Source of the DNA: an archaeon
Lineage (GTDB): Archaea; Iainarchaeota; Iainarchaeia; Iainarchaeales; CSSED10-239
NCBI GenBank assembly: GCA_035390665.1
Contig: DAOOUC010000004.1
Location: 46,702 to 78,701 of the forward strand
DNA length: 32,000 nucleotides
Reading direction: 5' to 3'
Below, piece after piece: positions 8,127 through 17,610 of this stretch (position 1 is the stretch's first letter; every line of letters begins with the position of its first letter). The notes under the pieces are model-generated. The model saw only the letters and a list, made by a program, of their open reading frames with translations, was not told where the DNA came from and searched no databases. Made by a program: the position numbers and the translations under genes.

Positions 8127-10550
8127 TTAAAAGAATTCACCAAGACCTTTTTGCTTGGTGTTTGTTATTAGTTCGTCTTTTGTTACTCCAATTTCTTCCA
8201 TTATCGGAAGAAGGGCAGGGATTAATTGATTATTTATATAATATTCACTATCATAATCCTTCTCTTTAACAAACTCAGCAATTTGTGATTTTTCTGAAAT
8301 TGTTTTTCCTGCCTTTTCTGTTACAATGTATTCAACAAGATCTCCAACCTTAAATTTCTTGCCTTTGTCTTTTGCATTTTTTACAGCAGACATTGCAGGA
8401 TTTAAAGTCTTATAACTTTCAAGAGATTTATGAACAAATGTCTGAATAATTAATTTAGAGTTCGGTATTTCTTTTTTTTGTAAATCAGAAATAACTAATT
8501 GAAGAAACTTAAGTGCTTTCTTTGGGTCTTTTTCTTTTAGAATAATTTTTAAGATTTCTTTTTGCGTCTCTTTAACAAGAGGACACCAATCATGTCTTAC
8601 ATATTCAAAGCCTTTGATCTTAAGGTTTCCATTATAATCCAAAAGAGCATATTTCTTTTTTGCTGCTCTGTCTTTATCTCTTGATTGTACAAATATTCCA
8701 GATTGATAAATGTCTTCTAGTTCTAGAGTCATTGCCTTTGGAAGAGATGCATTTAAATTTTTCAGATCTTCTTTTAATTTCTCAATATTTCTAAACTCTA
8801 TAAAACAAGAATCTGTGTCTCCATAAACAACCCTATATCCTAGATTTTCAAGATCTTTAATAGTTTCTTGAATCTTTGAGCGCACTAAAGAATACATAAT
8901 TTCTAAAGTAGGTCTAGAATACCATCTTGCTCCTGCAAAACCCATATACCCGTAGGTTGATGCTAAAAATATCTTTAAAGCATACTGTTTAGCATACATT
9001 TCTCTATATTCTGTGCTTTCTTTTGGTAATGTCTTTGCTTCTTCTTTGTATTTTGATCTTAAAGCTAACAGTTCTTCAAGAAGAGTTGGGACAAAGCCTT
9101 TTTTCTTACAGGTGTAATGACTTCCAAGAACAACAAATGGCTCTTCTTTACAGCAGGGACAATCAACAGTTTCTGGACTTAGATTATAAGAGATAATCAA
9201 AGATATATGATAACTTCTAAAATCAAGAACTGCTAAGTTTTGATGCAAGCCAGAAATTGGAGCTTTAACAAAAGCACCACTAAATGAAAATTTTTGTCTT
9301 TCTCCTATTGTTTCTTGTGTTGGTTTGTTTGGTATTATCTTTTTGTTATTAAAATAATATTTTGTAAATAATCTTTCAACCATAACTCCTGCTGAAGAAA
9401 AAATCAAATCAGAAACTGGATAGTTAATAAATTCTGATATTTCAAAAACAATTTGATTATAGTTTTCTGCAAGTTCTTGAGTTGCATAGACATCATCAAG
9501 ATTATATTCTATAATTTTAGCGTAATCTCCTGAAAGATAAGCCTCTCGCATATCTAGAGGGGGAAGAGAAAGTTTTTTCTTTCCTGTGAGTTTTGAATAT
9601 AAGGTATTAAGATCCAGTTTTGGATAGTTAAAAACTTGAAGATATCTTAATAATTTCATAATCGCATAAACATCAATATGAACTATTCCTTCAAGATTTA
9701 CTCTTTTGTTTTTTCCTTTTGGATAAATTAGATGACTATTACCAAAAGTGAATTCTTTTCCTGTAATAAAGTTGTAGGCTTTTTTAAGATAATCAAAGTC
9801 AAAAATTCCATTATAGGTATAAACTACATCTGGTTCTTTTTCCTTAATAAACTCCATAAAGCTTTCAATCATTTCTCTTTCGGATTTGAAAAGATGTACA
9901 TTTGAAAACTTTGTAATTAACTCTCCTTGTTTTTCAGTTAGGTTTACTTCTTCTCCTGCTAAGAAGAAAACAGCACTTGTTTTATCTGAATCAAAATAAC
10001 TTATAGAGATGATTGGATCTTTTCCTGGTTCTGGAAACTTTAAGGTTTTAGAAACTAATACTTCTATATCAAAAGCACAATATTTAATTTTCGGTTTTTC
10101 TTTTGTTGTTGGTTTAATATCAATTATCTTTTGATTCTCAATTGTACATTCTACTTCACAAAAATTACTTAAGTTTTTGTCTAAGAAAAATCTAGAAACA
10201 AAAGGGATATCATACTCATAAAGCTTATAGTTTTTTCCTGGTAAAAAATCAGAAGTCAACAATTCATTTCTAGTTTTAACAAGGTCTTCAACTGTATTAA
10301 AAATCAATTTATTTATTTTTTCTTTTTTTTCTATATCTTTAATATTCAATCTTGTAATTTCTTCATTTGTTAAAGACTCTTGAGAAAAAAGATAAAAATA
10401 AGGATAAAAATCTACAGGATAGATTTCTTTCTTTTCTGTTTTTAGAACAACAAAAAGTTGATTGTCTTTATAGAAAGAATCTAGAAAGATTGCATTTTTT
10501 GAAATTTTGCAATCTTTTTTTTCTTCTTGTTTTTTAAAGATTTTAAACAT
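8127..10550 (-). CDS. polB: Family B DNA polymerase (PolB) with 3'-5' exonuclease domain
   Basis: Exo I FDIEV, Exo II YNGIFDFDYL, Exo III YNLDDVYA, motif A DFRSYHISLI (variant), motif B KIFLASTYG (variant), motif C VYGDTDSCF, C-terminal PIP-box QKGLGEFF. Confidence 0.95.
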   Translation of the reverse strand: MFKIFKKQEEKKDCKISKNAIFLDSFYKDNQLFVVLKTEKKEIYPVDFYPYFYLFSQESLTNEEITRLNIKDIEKKEKINKLIFNTVEDLVKTRNELLTSDFLPGKNYKLYEYDIPFVSRFFLDKNLSNFCEVECTIENQKIIDIKPTTKEKPKIKYCAFDIEVLVSKTLKFPEPGKDPIISISYFDSDKTSAVFFLAGEEVNLTEKQGELITKFSNVHLFKSEREMIESFMEFIKEKEPDVVYTYNGIFDFDYLKKAYNFITGKEFTFGNSHLIYPKGKNKRVNLEGIVHIDVYAIMKLLRYLQVFNYPKLDLNTLYSKLTGKKKLSLPPLDMREAYLSGDYAKIIEYNLDDVYATQELAENYNQIVFEISEFINYPVSDLIFSSAGVMVERLFTKYYFNNKKIIPNKPTQETIGERQKFSFSGAFVKAPISGLHQNLAVLDFRSYHISLIISYNLSPETVDCPCCKEEPFVVLGSHYTCKKKGFVPTLLEELLALRSKYKEEAKTLPKESTEYREMYAKQYALKIFLASTYGYMGFAGARWYSRPTLEIMYSLVRSKIQETIKDLENLGYRVVYGDTDSCFIEFRNIEKLKEDLKNLNASLPKAMTLELEDIYQSGIFVQSRDKDRAAKKKYALLDYNGNLKIKGFEYVRHDWCPLVKETQKEILKIILKEKDPKKALKFLQLVISDLQKKEIPNSKLIIQTFVHKSLESYKTLNPAMSAVKNAKDKGKKFKVGDLVEYIVTEKAGKTISEKSQIAEFVKEKDYDSEYYINNQLIPALLPIMEEIGVTKDELITNTKQKGLGEFF

Positions 10551-10561
10551 ATTTTATAACT

Positions 10562-11188
10562 TTATAAAAAAATAGAATTAAGTAAAATTGCAATAACAAA
10601 TATTAATATCATTAAAACTATTTTACCTATTGGATTTTTTATATCAAATACAATTTCAGTAAATTCATAGAACATAATTATACAATACACTATGAAAAAT
10701 AATGAAATTAAGGATAATAGAATTATACCAATAATATTAAATACAGTAAGTGTTGGAAACAATGTTGTGCTATTTATTAATGCAGGATTTTGAAAAACGG
10801 CTTGTATTACAGGTATAAAAGAATTTAAGAAAACCAAGAAAATTACTGCCGTAATTATAGAAAATATTATTGTAGGAATTCTAAAAGATGCTAAAGAAGA
10901 CAAAACTTTTTGAAAAGCATGCTTTGGTAATTTTTTTGCACCTCTTATAAAATACATTATTAAAAATAATAAAACTCCTAGAACAAACCAGTTAATTAAT
11001 ATAGACGAAAAAATCTCATATACAGAAACTGTTCCAAGATTTGGCATTTTAATAATTAAATAAAATAAAATATTTATTACAAAAGAAATCAGAACAACAA
11101 TTAAACTTTCAGTTAAACTAACCTTTTCATAAAAATGATCAATTAAAGCCTTTGGCCCTCTTTTTGCTTTATATACTTCATTTAACAT
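10562..11188 (-). CDS. Yip1-like multi-pass membrane protein
   Basis: 208 aa, about five TM segments, Yip1-domain-like hydrophobic layout. Assigned by general pattern only. Confidence 0.55.
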   Translation of the reverse strand: MLNEVYKAKRGPKALIDHFYEKVSLTESLIVVLISFVINILFYLIIKMPNLGTVSVYEIFSSILINWFVLGVLLFLIMYFIRGAKKLPKHAFQKVLSSLASFRIPTIIFSIITAVIFLVFLNSFIPVIQAVFQNPALINSTTLFPTLTVFNIIGIILLSLISLFFIVYCIIMFYEFTEIVFDIKNPIGKIVLMILIFVIAILLNSIFL

Positions 11189-11294
11189 TAATAATCACCT
11201 ATTTTCAATAATATATTTTAGACAAAAGAATATATAAATGTTATGAATTGCTCTCAAATGCATTTAAATATTTTTATTATATTATATTTTATTA

Positions 11295-12371
11295 ATGGCA
11301 ACTAAAAAACAGGTTTTTTCTAAACCTTTTAATCTTGTTTATGAGAATAATTATCCTGATTTATTAGTTGGTCCTGGTTTTTTTAATAACCCTGGTAATG
11401 CAAAAGACTCTAGTCCAGATAAATGGATTAAACAAGACCCTAAAAAAATAGAACAAGAAAGAGCAAAGCAAGTTTTTTCTTTTAAAAGTTTTAAAAAAAC
11501 TGATGCTTCCAAATTTGATAAATCTCTTTTTGAAGTTCAATTATTAGCACAAACCGAAAACACCTCTGAACTTGAGATTAATATTAATCAAAAACCAAAA
11601 CTTGTTAAAGAAAACTATAGTGGAATAAATAACTTCTCTTATGAGTTTGAAGAACTTAAAGTTGTTGACAATATTAAGATTCCAACAATAATTGATAAAA
11701 CTGTTAATGATGGCGACTTAAAAGCAAAAGAAGGAATAATAAATATCTATAATAAACTTGATGATGTTTATAAGGTTGAACAAGTATTATCTCTTGGACT
11801 TCTTGGAAGAACAAAAAATAGAGTACTTGTTCCAACAAGGTGGGCAATTACTTCAACTGACGATATTATTTCTAAGGATTTGATTGAGAACACTCTTGTT
11901 GATTATCCAACGATAGACAAATATCTTGTATTTTCTTTTAGTTTTTATCAGAATATCTTTTATGTTCTGTTTATTCCAAGAATCTGGGGTTTTGAACAAA
12001 TTGAAATACAAGGCGAAAACATCTGTGAAGATTTTGAGATTAATGGACCAAGAAAAACCTATGCATCTTCAGTTACTGGTGGTTACTATGCTGCAAGAAT
12101 TGAAGTTGCTAAATATCTTTCAAGAAAGAAAAGACAAGCATCAGTAATTGTTTTTAGAGATATTTCTCCAGAATATAAATCAAAAGGAGTTTGGGTAATT
12201 AGAGAAACGGTTAGAGAAGCACTAACAAAAGAGCCTTTTGCTTTTGATACACTTGAAGATGCAAAAACATTTATTAATCAAAGAATAAGAAACGGAAGTG
12301 ATTATTGGTTAAAGCAATCAAAACTATATTCTGAAATAAAATGCCAAAAAAGACTTTTTGATTTTTTATAA
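11295..12371 (+). CDS. nreA: NreA-like DNA repair-associated protein (Nre N- and C-terminal domains)
   Basis: LLGRTKNRVLVPTRWAITSTDDIIS and GGYYAARIEVAKYLSRKKRQASVIVFRDI are characteristic of the archaeal Nre family. C-terminal PIP-box QKRLFDFL. The CxxC zinc motif usual at the N-terminus of this family is not evident. Confidence 0.85.
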   Translation: MATKKQVFSKPFNLVYENNYPDLLVGPGFFNNPGNAKDSSPDKWIKQDPKKIEQERAKQVFSFKSFKKTDASKFDKSLFEVQLLAQTENTSELEININQKPKLVKENYSGINNFSYEFEELKVVDNIKIPTIIDKTVNDGDLKAKEGIINIYNKLDDVYKVEQVLSLGLLGRTKNRVLVPTRWAITSTDDIISKDLIENTLVDYPTIDKYLVFSFSFYQNIFYVLFIPRIWGFEQIEIQGENICEDFEINGPRKTYASSVTGGYYAARIEVAKYLSRKKRQASVIVFRDISPEYKSKGVWVIRETVREALTKEPFAFDTLEDAKTFINQRIRNGSDYWLKQSKLYSEIKCQKRLFDFL

Positions 12372-13391
12372 AAATATAATAAATCCTGCTACACAAAATA
12401 AAACTTCTACAAGAAGAATACCTGTTGTTACTTGCTTTTCTGTAAAGCGTTTTTTCCAAAGGGTTGGTAGATACATCATTATGTGTGTCCAAGAATAGAT
12501 GTGCTTGTATGGTGCTTTTAATGTGCCGTCTTCTTGAAGATTTCCAAGACTTCTTACTTTTAGTTTTCCTCTAACTTTTAGAAGAATCTCTATTGCCCAA
12601 GGAATAAAAATAAAAAGCGCAAAGCTTTCAATGTTACCTACAATTGCAATTGTTGCAAAGGTTGCACCGAAAAGATATGTTAAAGAGTCTCCTGGAAGCA
12701 TCTTAGCAGGACACCAATTGTTCATTAGATAAGGTAAAACTGCACCTAGTGCTAAAAACGAAATAACGGCGGCTTCAGTTCTTCCATTAATTAAAGAATA
12801 AACCCCAAGAGAAAGAGTTACAATTGCCATTAAGCCTCCTTCTAAACCATTTGTTCCAGCAAGCATATTTGTAGAATTTGTTATAACAACAAATAATATT
12901 GGAACAATTAGTAAAGGATACCAAAAACCAAAATTAATTGTACCTATTATTGGAAGAGCCATTGTAAAGTCTCCAGCCATTATAGCAATCAGAGGTATTG
13001 CTGCTAATATTGTCAATAACGGCTTTAACCATTGAGGAAGACCAACTCTAATTTCTAAATCTCCATAAATGTTTTTTACAGGTTCTTTACTTACATTTAA
13101 ATCATCAAAAAAACCAACTAATGTTGCTAAAAGAATGGCAAGAACTGAAGAAATAATTATGGTGTTATCTACCTTAAAATAAAAACTTGATAACAAAACA
13201 AAAAACATAGAAGCAATAAAAAAACCAAAAAAAACAGGAATTCCGGCTGATTGTGGAAGAACTGGTTTTTGCTTTTTCTGTTGATCTACAGCAATTATTC
13301 CTCTTGTAACAAAAAATTTTTTAAATTGAGTTAAAGTAAAAAAAGAAATTAGAAAAGCAAGAACGAAACTAAAAAATAACAAATAAATCAT
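12366..13391 (-). CDS. Glycosyltransferase family 4; UDP-GlcNAc:dolichyl-phosphate GlcNAc-1-P transferase-like (MraY/WecA/Alg7 superfamily)
   Basis: Multi-pass protein with GFFDDL and NSTNMLAGTNGLEGGL motifs; directly downstream of the STT3 homologue on the same strand. Confidence 0.87.
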   Translation of the reverse strand: MIYLLFFSFVLAFLISFFTLTQFKKFFVTRGIIAVDQQKKQKPVLPQSAGIPVFFGFFIASMFFVLLSSFYFKVDNTIIISSVLAILLATLVGFFDDLNVSKEPVKNIYGDLEIRVGLPQWLKPLLTILAAIPLIAIMAGDFTMALPIIGTINFGFWYPLLIVPILFVVITNSTNMLAGTNGLEGGLMAIVTLSLGVYSLINGRTEAAVISFLALGAVLPYLMNNWCPAKMLPGDSLTYLFGATFATIAIVGNIESFALFIFIPWAIEILLKVRGKLKVRSLGNLQEDGTLKAPYKHIYSWTHIMMYLPTLWKKRFTEKQVTTGILLVEVLFCVAGFIIFL

Positions 13392-15368
13392 TTAGTTTCC
13401 CTCTAATAATTCTTTATTAACTTTGTAAACTCTAACTTTTCCAAAAGATTGTGCTTTTGTAACAATTGGCTCTAATGTTTTATCATCAAAAATCATTCTT
13501 GCAAAAATGGTTTTGTTTACTGCTGCATTTAATAAATAAATTTTAGAATTGTCTTTTTCTCTGTACATGTATATTGGAACATTCTCCATTACTTGATCTG
13601 GGGCTGTGTGATATTCTGTTTTTATTTTGTTTATTTCTACTTCCGATATTGCTTGATTTCCACAAATGTAATTAACTGTTCCAGATATCGCTTTTTCTTG
13701 CTTATAACAATCAACAACAACACCAAGATATCTTGTTATTTTTGGATCACTAAAATTTGTTGTCCAATAACCATAGATTGCAAAAGAGGACATTCTTTGA
13801 AGGTAGTCTGATTCTACCATTATGTAATCTGTATCATATTTCTTTAATATTTCTTTTGTATTGTTAATATCTTCAGAAATCATAAACTTTCCAAAATCAC
13901 TTGTTGCTTCTCCACTTGAGTTTGTGTTATCTGTACTTACTTTTCTTTCTGAGAAATATGCAATCCAGTGTCCATAATCCCACCAGTTTAATATTTTTGC
14001 ATCTGTTGGTGTATTATCATAAACCCAAAACATTGCATTTTGCCAATCTTTTTCTTGAGAGACCGGTGGTTGCTTACTTAGAACAAAAAAAGATCCGGCT
14101 GCAATTGCTCCAATCAAAAAGATTCCAGCAATTATTGTAAATGCTCTTTTATAATTTATTGATTTACTATCAATCCATTCTGTTGTTAAAAAGAACAAAA
14201 AACCAAATCCGGCTGCAATTGGAAGACCAAGAGTGTAAGTAAACTTTAACTTTGTCCAAGCCATAAATCCAGTAATTAATATCCAAAAGAAAATAATTAA
14301 AACAAAATAATCAATTTTTTGATTATGTTCTTGTTCTTCTTTTTCTTTGTTTTTGTATTTCCCAAATAACAGATATAATGGAATAATAAACAATGCTAAA
14401 AAAGGAATAACAACTAAAAGACTATACTTCTCATAGAAGAATTGCTTACCGGTATTTTCTTCACCAACAGTTGCCCCAACAACATCTGCTTCTTCGACAA
14501 CAGTTTTATTTATTCTTCCAACATTTGTTTCTGAAACTGGAAGATAATTTGTAACATACTCTGATGTTCTTTTTAACCAGCCTGTTCCACTATGTGCTGT
14601 TGTTATAATCGTAAATAATAAGAAACAAGTTAAGAAAACTTTTGAAAAAGCAAGTATTTCTTTTTTATTTATGTTTTTGATTAACATGTAAACAATCATT
14701 GTGCCAAAATAAGCTAATAGCACTAAAGGAATTAATAAAAACATATCCCAAGTTATTGCCATTAAATAAAAGAAAAGCGCTCCAATTATAGAATATATTA
14801 ACCAATTCTTTAATTTGTGTCTATTCTGTATTGCTGTTACCAAAAATATGAAACCTAGAACTAACCACAAGAAACCTAAAGCATCTTCTTCGAAGAATCC
14901 GCCCATTGTTCTATAAACAAAAGCAGGAACAGTTGCAGCCATTACTCCCATTGCAACGCCTGTTCTAGTATTATACATTTTCTTTCCTAAGAAAAACATA
15001 GCTACTGAAATTAATGCTCCAAAGATTGCAGGAAGCCATCTTGCATATTCCATTAATAGCCATTTATCGTAAGCTGCTCCAAATGTGGTGATTTTATAGA
15101 TTGCAGCAGTAAAGAACCACAAAAATGAAAATTTAGATTTATATGTTTGAATAGATTCTGATTGTAAATAGAAACCTAATGGATCACTTGTTGGAAGATT
15201 TCCTTGTACAACATATCCTGTTGCTCTAAGATGCCAATAAGGGTCAAATTCAAACATGTATTCATATCTTAAAATATGTGCTCTAATTCCAAGACCTAAA
15301 ATAAAAATCAATGAGATTATTAAAATGATTACCCAATGTTTAGAAAAAAAGTTCTTTATTTTGTTCAT
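13392..15368 (-). CDS. aglB: Oligosaccharyltransferase STT3/AglB
   Basis: Multi-TM N-terminus with FEFDPYWHLR acidic motif, EDALGFLW, and the catalytic-region signature WWDYGHWI. Confidence 0.95.
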   Translation of the reverse strand: MNKIKNFFSKHWVIILIISLIFILGLGIRAHILRYEYMFEFDPYWHLRATGYVVQGNLPTSDPLGFYLQSESIQTYKSKFSFLWFFTAAIYKITTFGAAYDKWLLMEYARWLPAIFGALISVAMFFLGKKMYNTRTGVAMGVMAATVPAFVYRTMGGFFEEDALGFLWLVLGFIFLVTAIQNRHKLKNWLIYSIIGALFFYLMAITWDMFLLIPLVLLAYFGTMIVYMLIKNINKKEILAFSKVFLTCFLLFTIITTAHSGTGWLKRTSEYVTNYLPVSETNVGRINKTVVEEADVVGATVGEENTGKQFFYEKYSLLVVIPFLALFIIPLYLLFGKYKNKEKEEQEHNQKIDYFVLIIFFWILITGFMAWTKLKFTYTLGLPIAAGFGFLFFLTTEWIDSKSINYKRAFTIIAGIFLIGAIAAGSFFVLSKQPPVSQEKDWQNAMFWVYDNTPTDAKILNWWDYGHWIAYFSERKVSTDNTNSSGEATSDFGKFMISEDINNTKEILKKYDTDYIMVESDYLQRMSSFAIYGYWTTNFSDPKITRYLGVVVDCYKQEKAISGTVNYICGNQAISEVEINKIKTEYHTAPDQVMENVPIYMYREKDNSKIYLLNAAVNKTIFARMIFDDKTLEPIVTKAQSFGKVRVYKVNKELLEGN

Positions 15369-15483
15369 AGTTATTTCTCTTAAATATATTATATTATATA
15401 ATAAAGAAACATTATGTTTTTAAAAGAAATATATTTATGTAAAAAATTTAATAATTTTTTAAAAAATAGAAAATCACTAAAAT

Positions 15484-15599
15484 GTTAGCAACTAACTTGC
15501 CGCTCCAAGAAAGAACTTAGGGCAAACAATATCGGAGACAAACTTAACTTCTGGGTTCGGAAAGGGTCCAGGTGTTTCTCTATCCCTATGGTCGCTAAC
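15484..15599 (-). rRNA. 5S ribosomal RNA (116 nt)
   Basis: Reverse complement reads GTTAGCGACCATAGGG...AACACCTGGACCCTTTCCGAACCCAGAAGTTAAG...TAGTTGCTAAC. This gives closing helix GTTAGC/GCTAAC and the conserved 5S core (CCUUUCCGAACCC, AGAAGUUAAG). Confidence 0.95.
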
Positions 15600-15620
15600 A
15601 AATAATATATGTTTGAAAAG

Positions 15621-15630
15621 GTTTATAAAT
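15621..15630 (-). promoter_or_regulatory. TATA box for the 5S rRNA gene
   Basis: The minus strand reads ATTTATAAAC, centred about 27 nt upstream of the 5S 5' end, the canonical archaeal spacing. Confidence 0.75.
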
Positions 15631-15641
15631 GGTTTGTTTTA

Positions 15642-16184
15642 CTATTTTTCCTTAGCTCCTGCTAAAACCTTCTTTAATTTATTTAATCCTTTAACTATGT
15701 CTTCTTCTGACTTTGCGCCCGCACAAATTAATTTTCCATTCTTGAAAAGTAACATTGTTAGCTTTGGATTAAAGATTCTTACAATTGCACCAGGAAATTG
15801 TTCTGGTTCATATTCAATATTATCTAAAGTAACTGCTGCATTAAAAAGATCAATTTGTTTATTTAAGTTAGACGTTGCAACAAGGTTAACAATCTTATAG
15901 CTTACTCTGTCCTTTATTGTAACATTCTTTTGAACTTCGCTAATTATCTTTGAAGCTTTCTTTATTGCAGTCTTTATGTCTTTTTCACTTGATGCTCCGG
16001 AAATTATAATGTTTCCATTCTTGAAAAGAAGTAAAGAAACTCTTGGTTCATCCATTTTTAAAATTGCACCAGGAAATTGCTCTGGTTCATATTCAACTTC
16101 AGGTATTGCTGTTGCAAGATTATAAAGATCTAAGCCTGTACCAAGAGAACTAGATGCCACTAAATTAACAATTTTATATTCCAT
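15642..16184 (-). CDS. tbp: TATA-box-binding protein TBP
   Basis: Two direct TBP repeats: IVNLVATSNLNKQIDLFNAAVTL...EYEPEQFPGAIVRI...LLFKNGKLICAGAKSEED and IVNLVASSSLGTGLDLYNLA...YEPEQFPGAILKM. Confidence 0.98.
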   Translation of the reverse strand: MEYKIVNLVASSSLGTGLDLYNLATAIPEVEYEPEQFPGAILKMDEPRVSLLLFKNGNIIISGASSEKDIKTAIKKASKIISEVQKNVTIKDRVSYKIVNLVATSNLNKQIDLFNAAVTLDNIEYEPEQFPGAIVRIFNPKLTMLLFKNGKLICAGAKSEEDIVKGLNKLKKVLAGAKEK

Positions 16185-16214
16185 TTATTTTTCACCATTT
16201 TTTTATAAAAAGCA

Positions 16215-16240
16215 AATATTTATATATAATATTTATATAT
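16215..16240 (-). promoter_or_regulatory. Tandem 13-nt TATA-like repeat upstream of tbp
   Basis: aatatttatatat occurs twice in direct succession, 31 nt upstream of the tbp start codon. Confidence 0.55.
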
Positions 16241-16425
16241 AAAAGCATTTATAAAGCAATTTTTTGTAATTTTTTCTTAACCTTTTTTCTTTTGAAAGTT
16301 TAGTTTTCTACGTTTTATGTGGCAAAAGGTTAGGCTTTTATTTCGTAAATCAACACCATATAAAAACTTTATGGCTCAATAATTATATATCATTTTAAAA
16401 AAAATAAAAAGGATAAGTGAAATAA

Positions 16426-16746
16426 ATGGCAAACAAAAAAGCAAAAGGAAAGAGATCTTTAACAAGATCAAGATATAGAAGAAATGTAAGAGCAAAGACA
16501 ACAGTCAATGAATTAATAAAACCAATTAAGGTTGATGATGTTGTTCAAGTTAATGCAAACAGTTCTGTACATAATGGATTACCACACAGAAGAATGGATG
16601 GTATAACTGGAAAAGTTATTGGCTTTCAAGGAGATTGTCCTATTGTTCAATTAAAAACAGGAAATAAAACAAAGAAAGTAATAACACACAGAGTTCACTT
16701 AAAGTTATTAAAGCAAATAGCAAAAGGTGAAAAGAATGATAAATAA
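16426..16746 (+). CDS. rpl21e: Ribosomal protein eL21
   Basis: GKRSLTRSRYRRNVRAKTTVNELI...SSVHNGLPHRRMDGITGKVIGFQG is typical of eL21. Confidence 0.96.
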   Translation: MANKKAKGKRSLTRSRYRRNVRAKTTVNELIKPIKVDDVVQVNANSSVHNGLPHRRMDGITGKVIGFQGDCPIVQLKTGNKTKKVITHRVHLKLLKQIAKGEKNDK

Positions 16747-17071
16747 TCCTAATTATATTGATGACTTAAGCCTTGCAGAAGTTAAAAAAATCTTAACTGA
16801 AAAAGGGAAAGACAAAGAGCTTAATTATGAACAAAAGCTTGCTTTAGAGCACGCTAAGCTTTTTGCTAAATTAACCCCATTAAAGGCAGAAAAATTAAAA
16901 AAGGAATTAATGGAATTGGATTTAAGTAGTGAGGTTGCTGTTAAAATTGTTGATATTTTGCCTAATGCAGTTGAATTAGATTTAATTGCTGAAAAAAATA
17001 AAACAATAACAGAAGAAAATAAAGAAAAAATTTTGGAACTTGTTTCAAAATACAAGAAAGATGAAGAATGA
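16736..17071 (+). CDS. rpoF: DNA-directed RNA polymerase subunit F (Rpo4/Rpb4)
   Basis: LSLAEVKKILTE...LNYEQKLALEHAKLFAKL...VDILPNAVELDLI; conserved position after eL21. Start taken at the second Met, overlapping eL21 by 11 nt. Confidence 0.92.
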   Translation: MINNPNYIDDLSLAEVKKILTEKGKDKELNYEQKLALEHAKLFAKLTPLKAEKLKKELMELDLSSEVAVKIVDILPNAVELDLIAEKNKTITEENKEKILELVSKYKKDEE

Positions 17072-17598
17072 TAGAGATTAAAAAAGAAGCAATTGTGCTT
17101 GACAAGGCCACAAGAGAAGTGCAGTTTAAACAAACACCTGTTATTCAATGTATAGGGGTAACTAATTTCTCATTACTTGAGATATATAGTGATGAGTCTC
17201 CTAAATTGCAAGAAACAATAAGCACAGATGAAAAAGTTGTAAAAAGAATAACCTTTGATAAACTTACAACCATTGCTAAAAAAGAACTTGAAAAAGCAGT
17301 TGAGACAATTGTTCTTAATAATCAAGATAGATTTGTTACTTTCTTTAATAATGCTAGACCAATTAATGCTAGAAGACATCAGCTTGATCTTCTTCCAATG
17401 ATTGGAAAGAAACACAGAATGGCATTAATGGAATATCTTGAAAAGAATGGGTCAATTAAAGAACTTAATGATCTTAAGAAAATTGAATTGTTCCCAGATC
17501 CAATAAAAGTAATTGTTAATAGGGTATTAACAGAAATTGAAAATAATGAAGAAGAAAAATATTTCTTGTTTACTGTTCCAATTATAAAAAAATTCTAA
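17068..17598 (+). CDS. DUF655 family protein (putative RNA-binding)
   Basis: NARPINARRHQLDLLPMIGKKHRMALMEYLEKNG; conserved archaeal rpoF-DUF655-rsmA gene order. Confidence 0.85.
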   Translation: MIEIKKEAIVLDKATREVQFKQTPVIQCIGVTNFSLLEIYSDESPKLQETISTDEKVVKRITFDKLTTIAKKELEKAVETIVLNNQDRFVTFFNNARPINARRHQLDLLPMIGKKHRMALMEYLEKNGSIKELNDLKKIELFPDPIKVIVNRVLTEIENNEEEKYFLFTVPIIKKF

Positions 17599-17610
17599 TT
17601 TTGAGAGCTA

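Noticed and set aside
8127-10550. Intein or split in polB
   Set aside because: The polymerase motifs are contiguous with no insertion or Hint-type junctions; the protein has normal length.
12274-12492. 72-aa minus-strand ORF between nreA and the glycosyltransferase gene
   Set aside because: Overlaps the 3' ends of two well-supported convergent genes; no family resemblance.
13593-14140. Plus-strand ORFs opposite aglB
   Set aside because: Antisense to a strongly supported STT3 gene.
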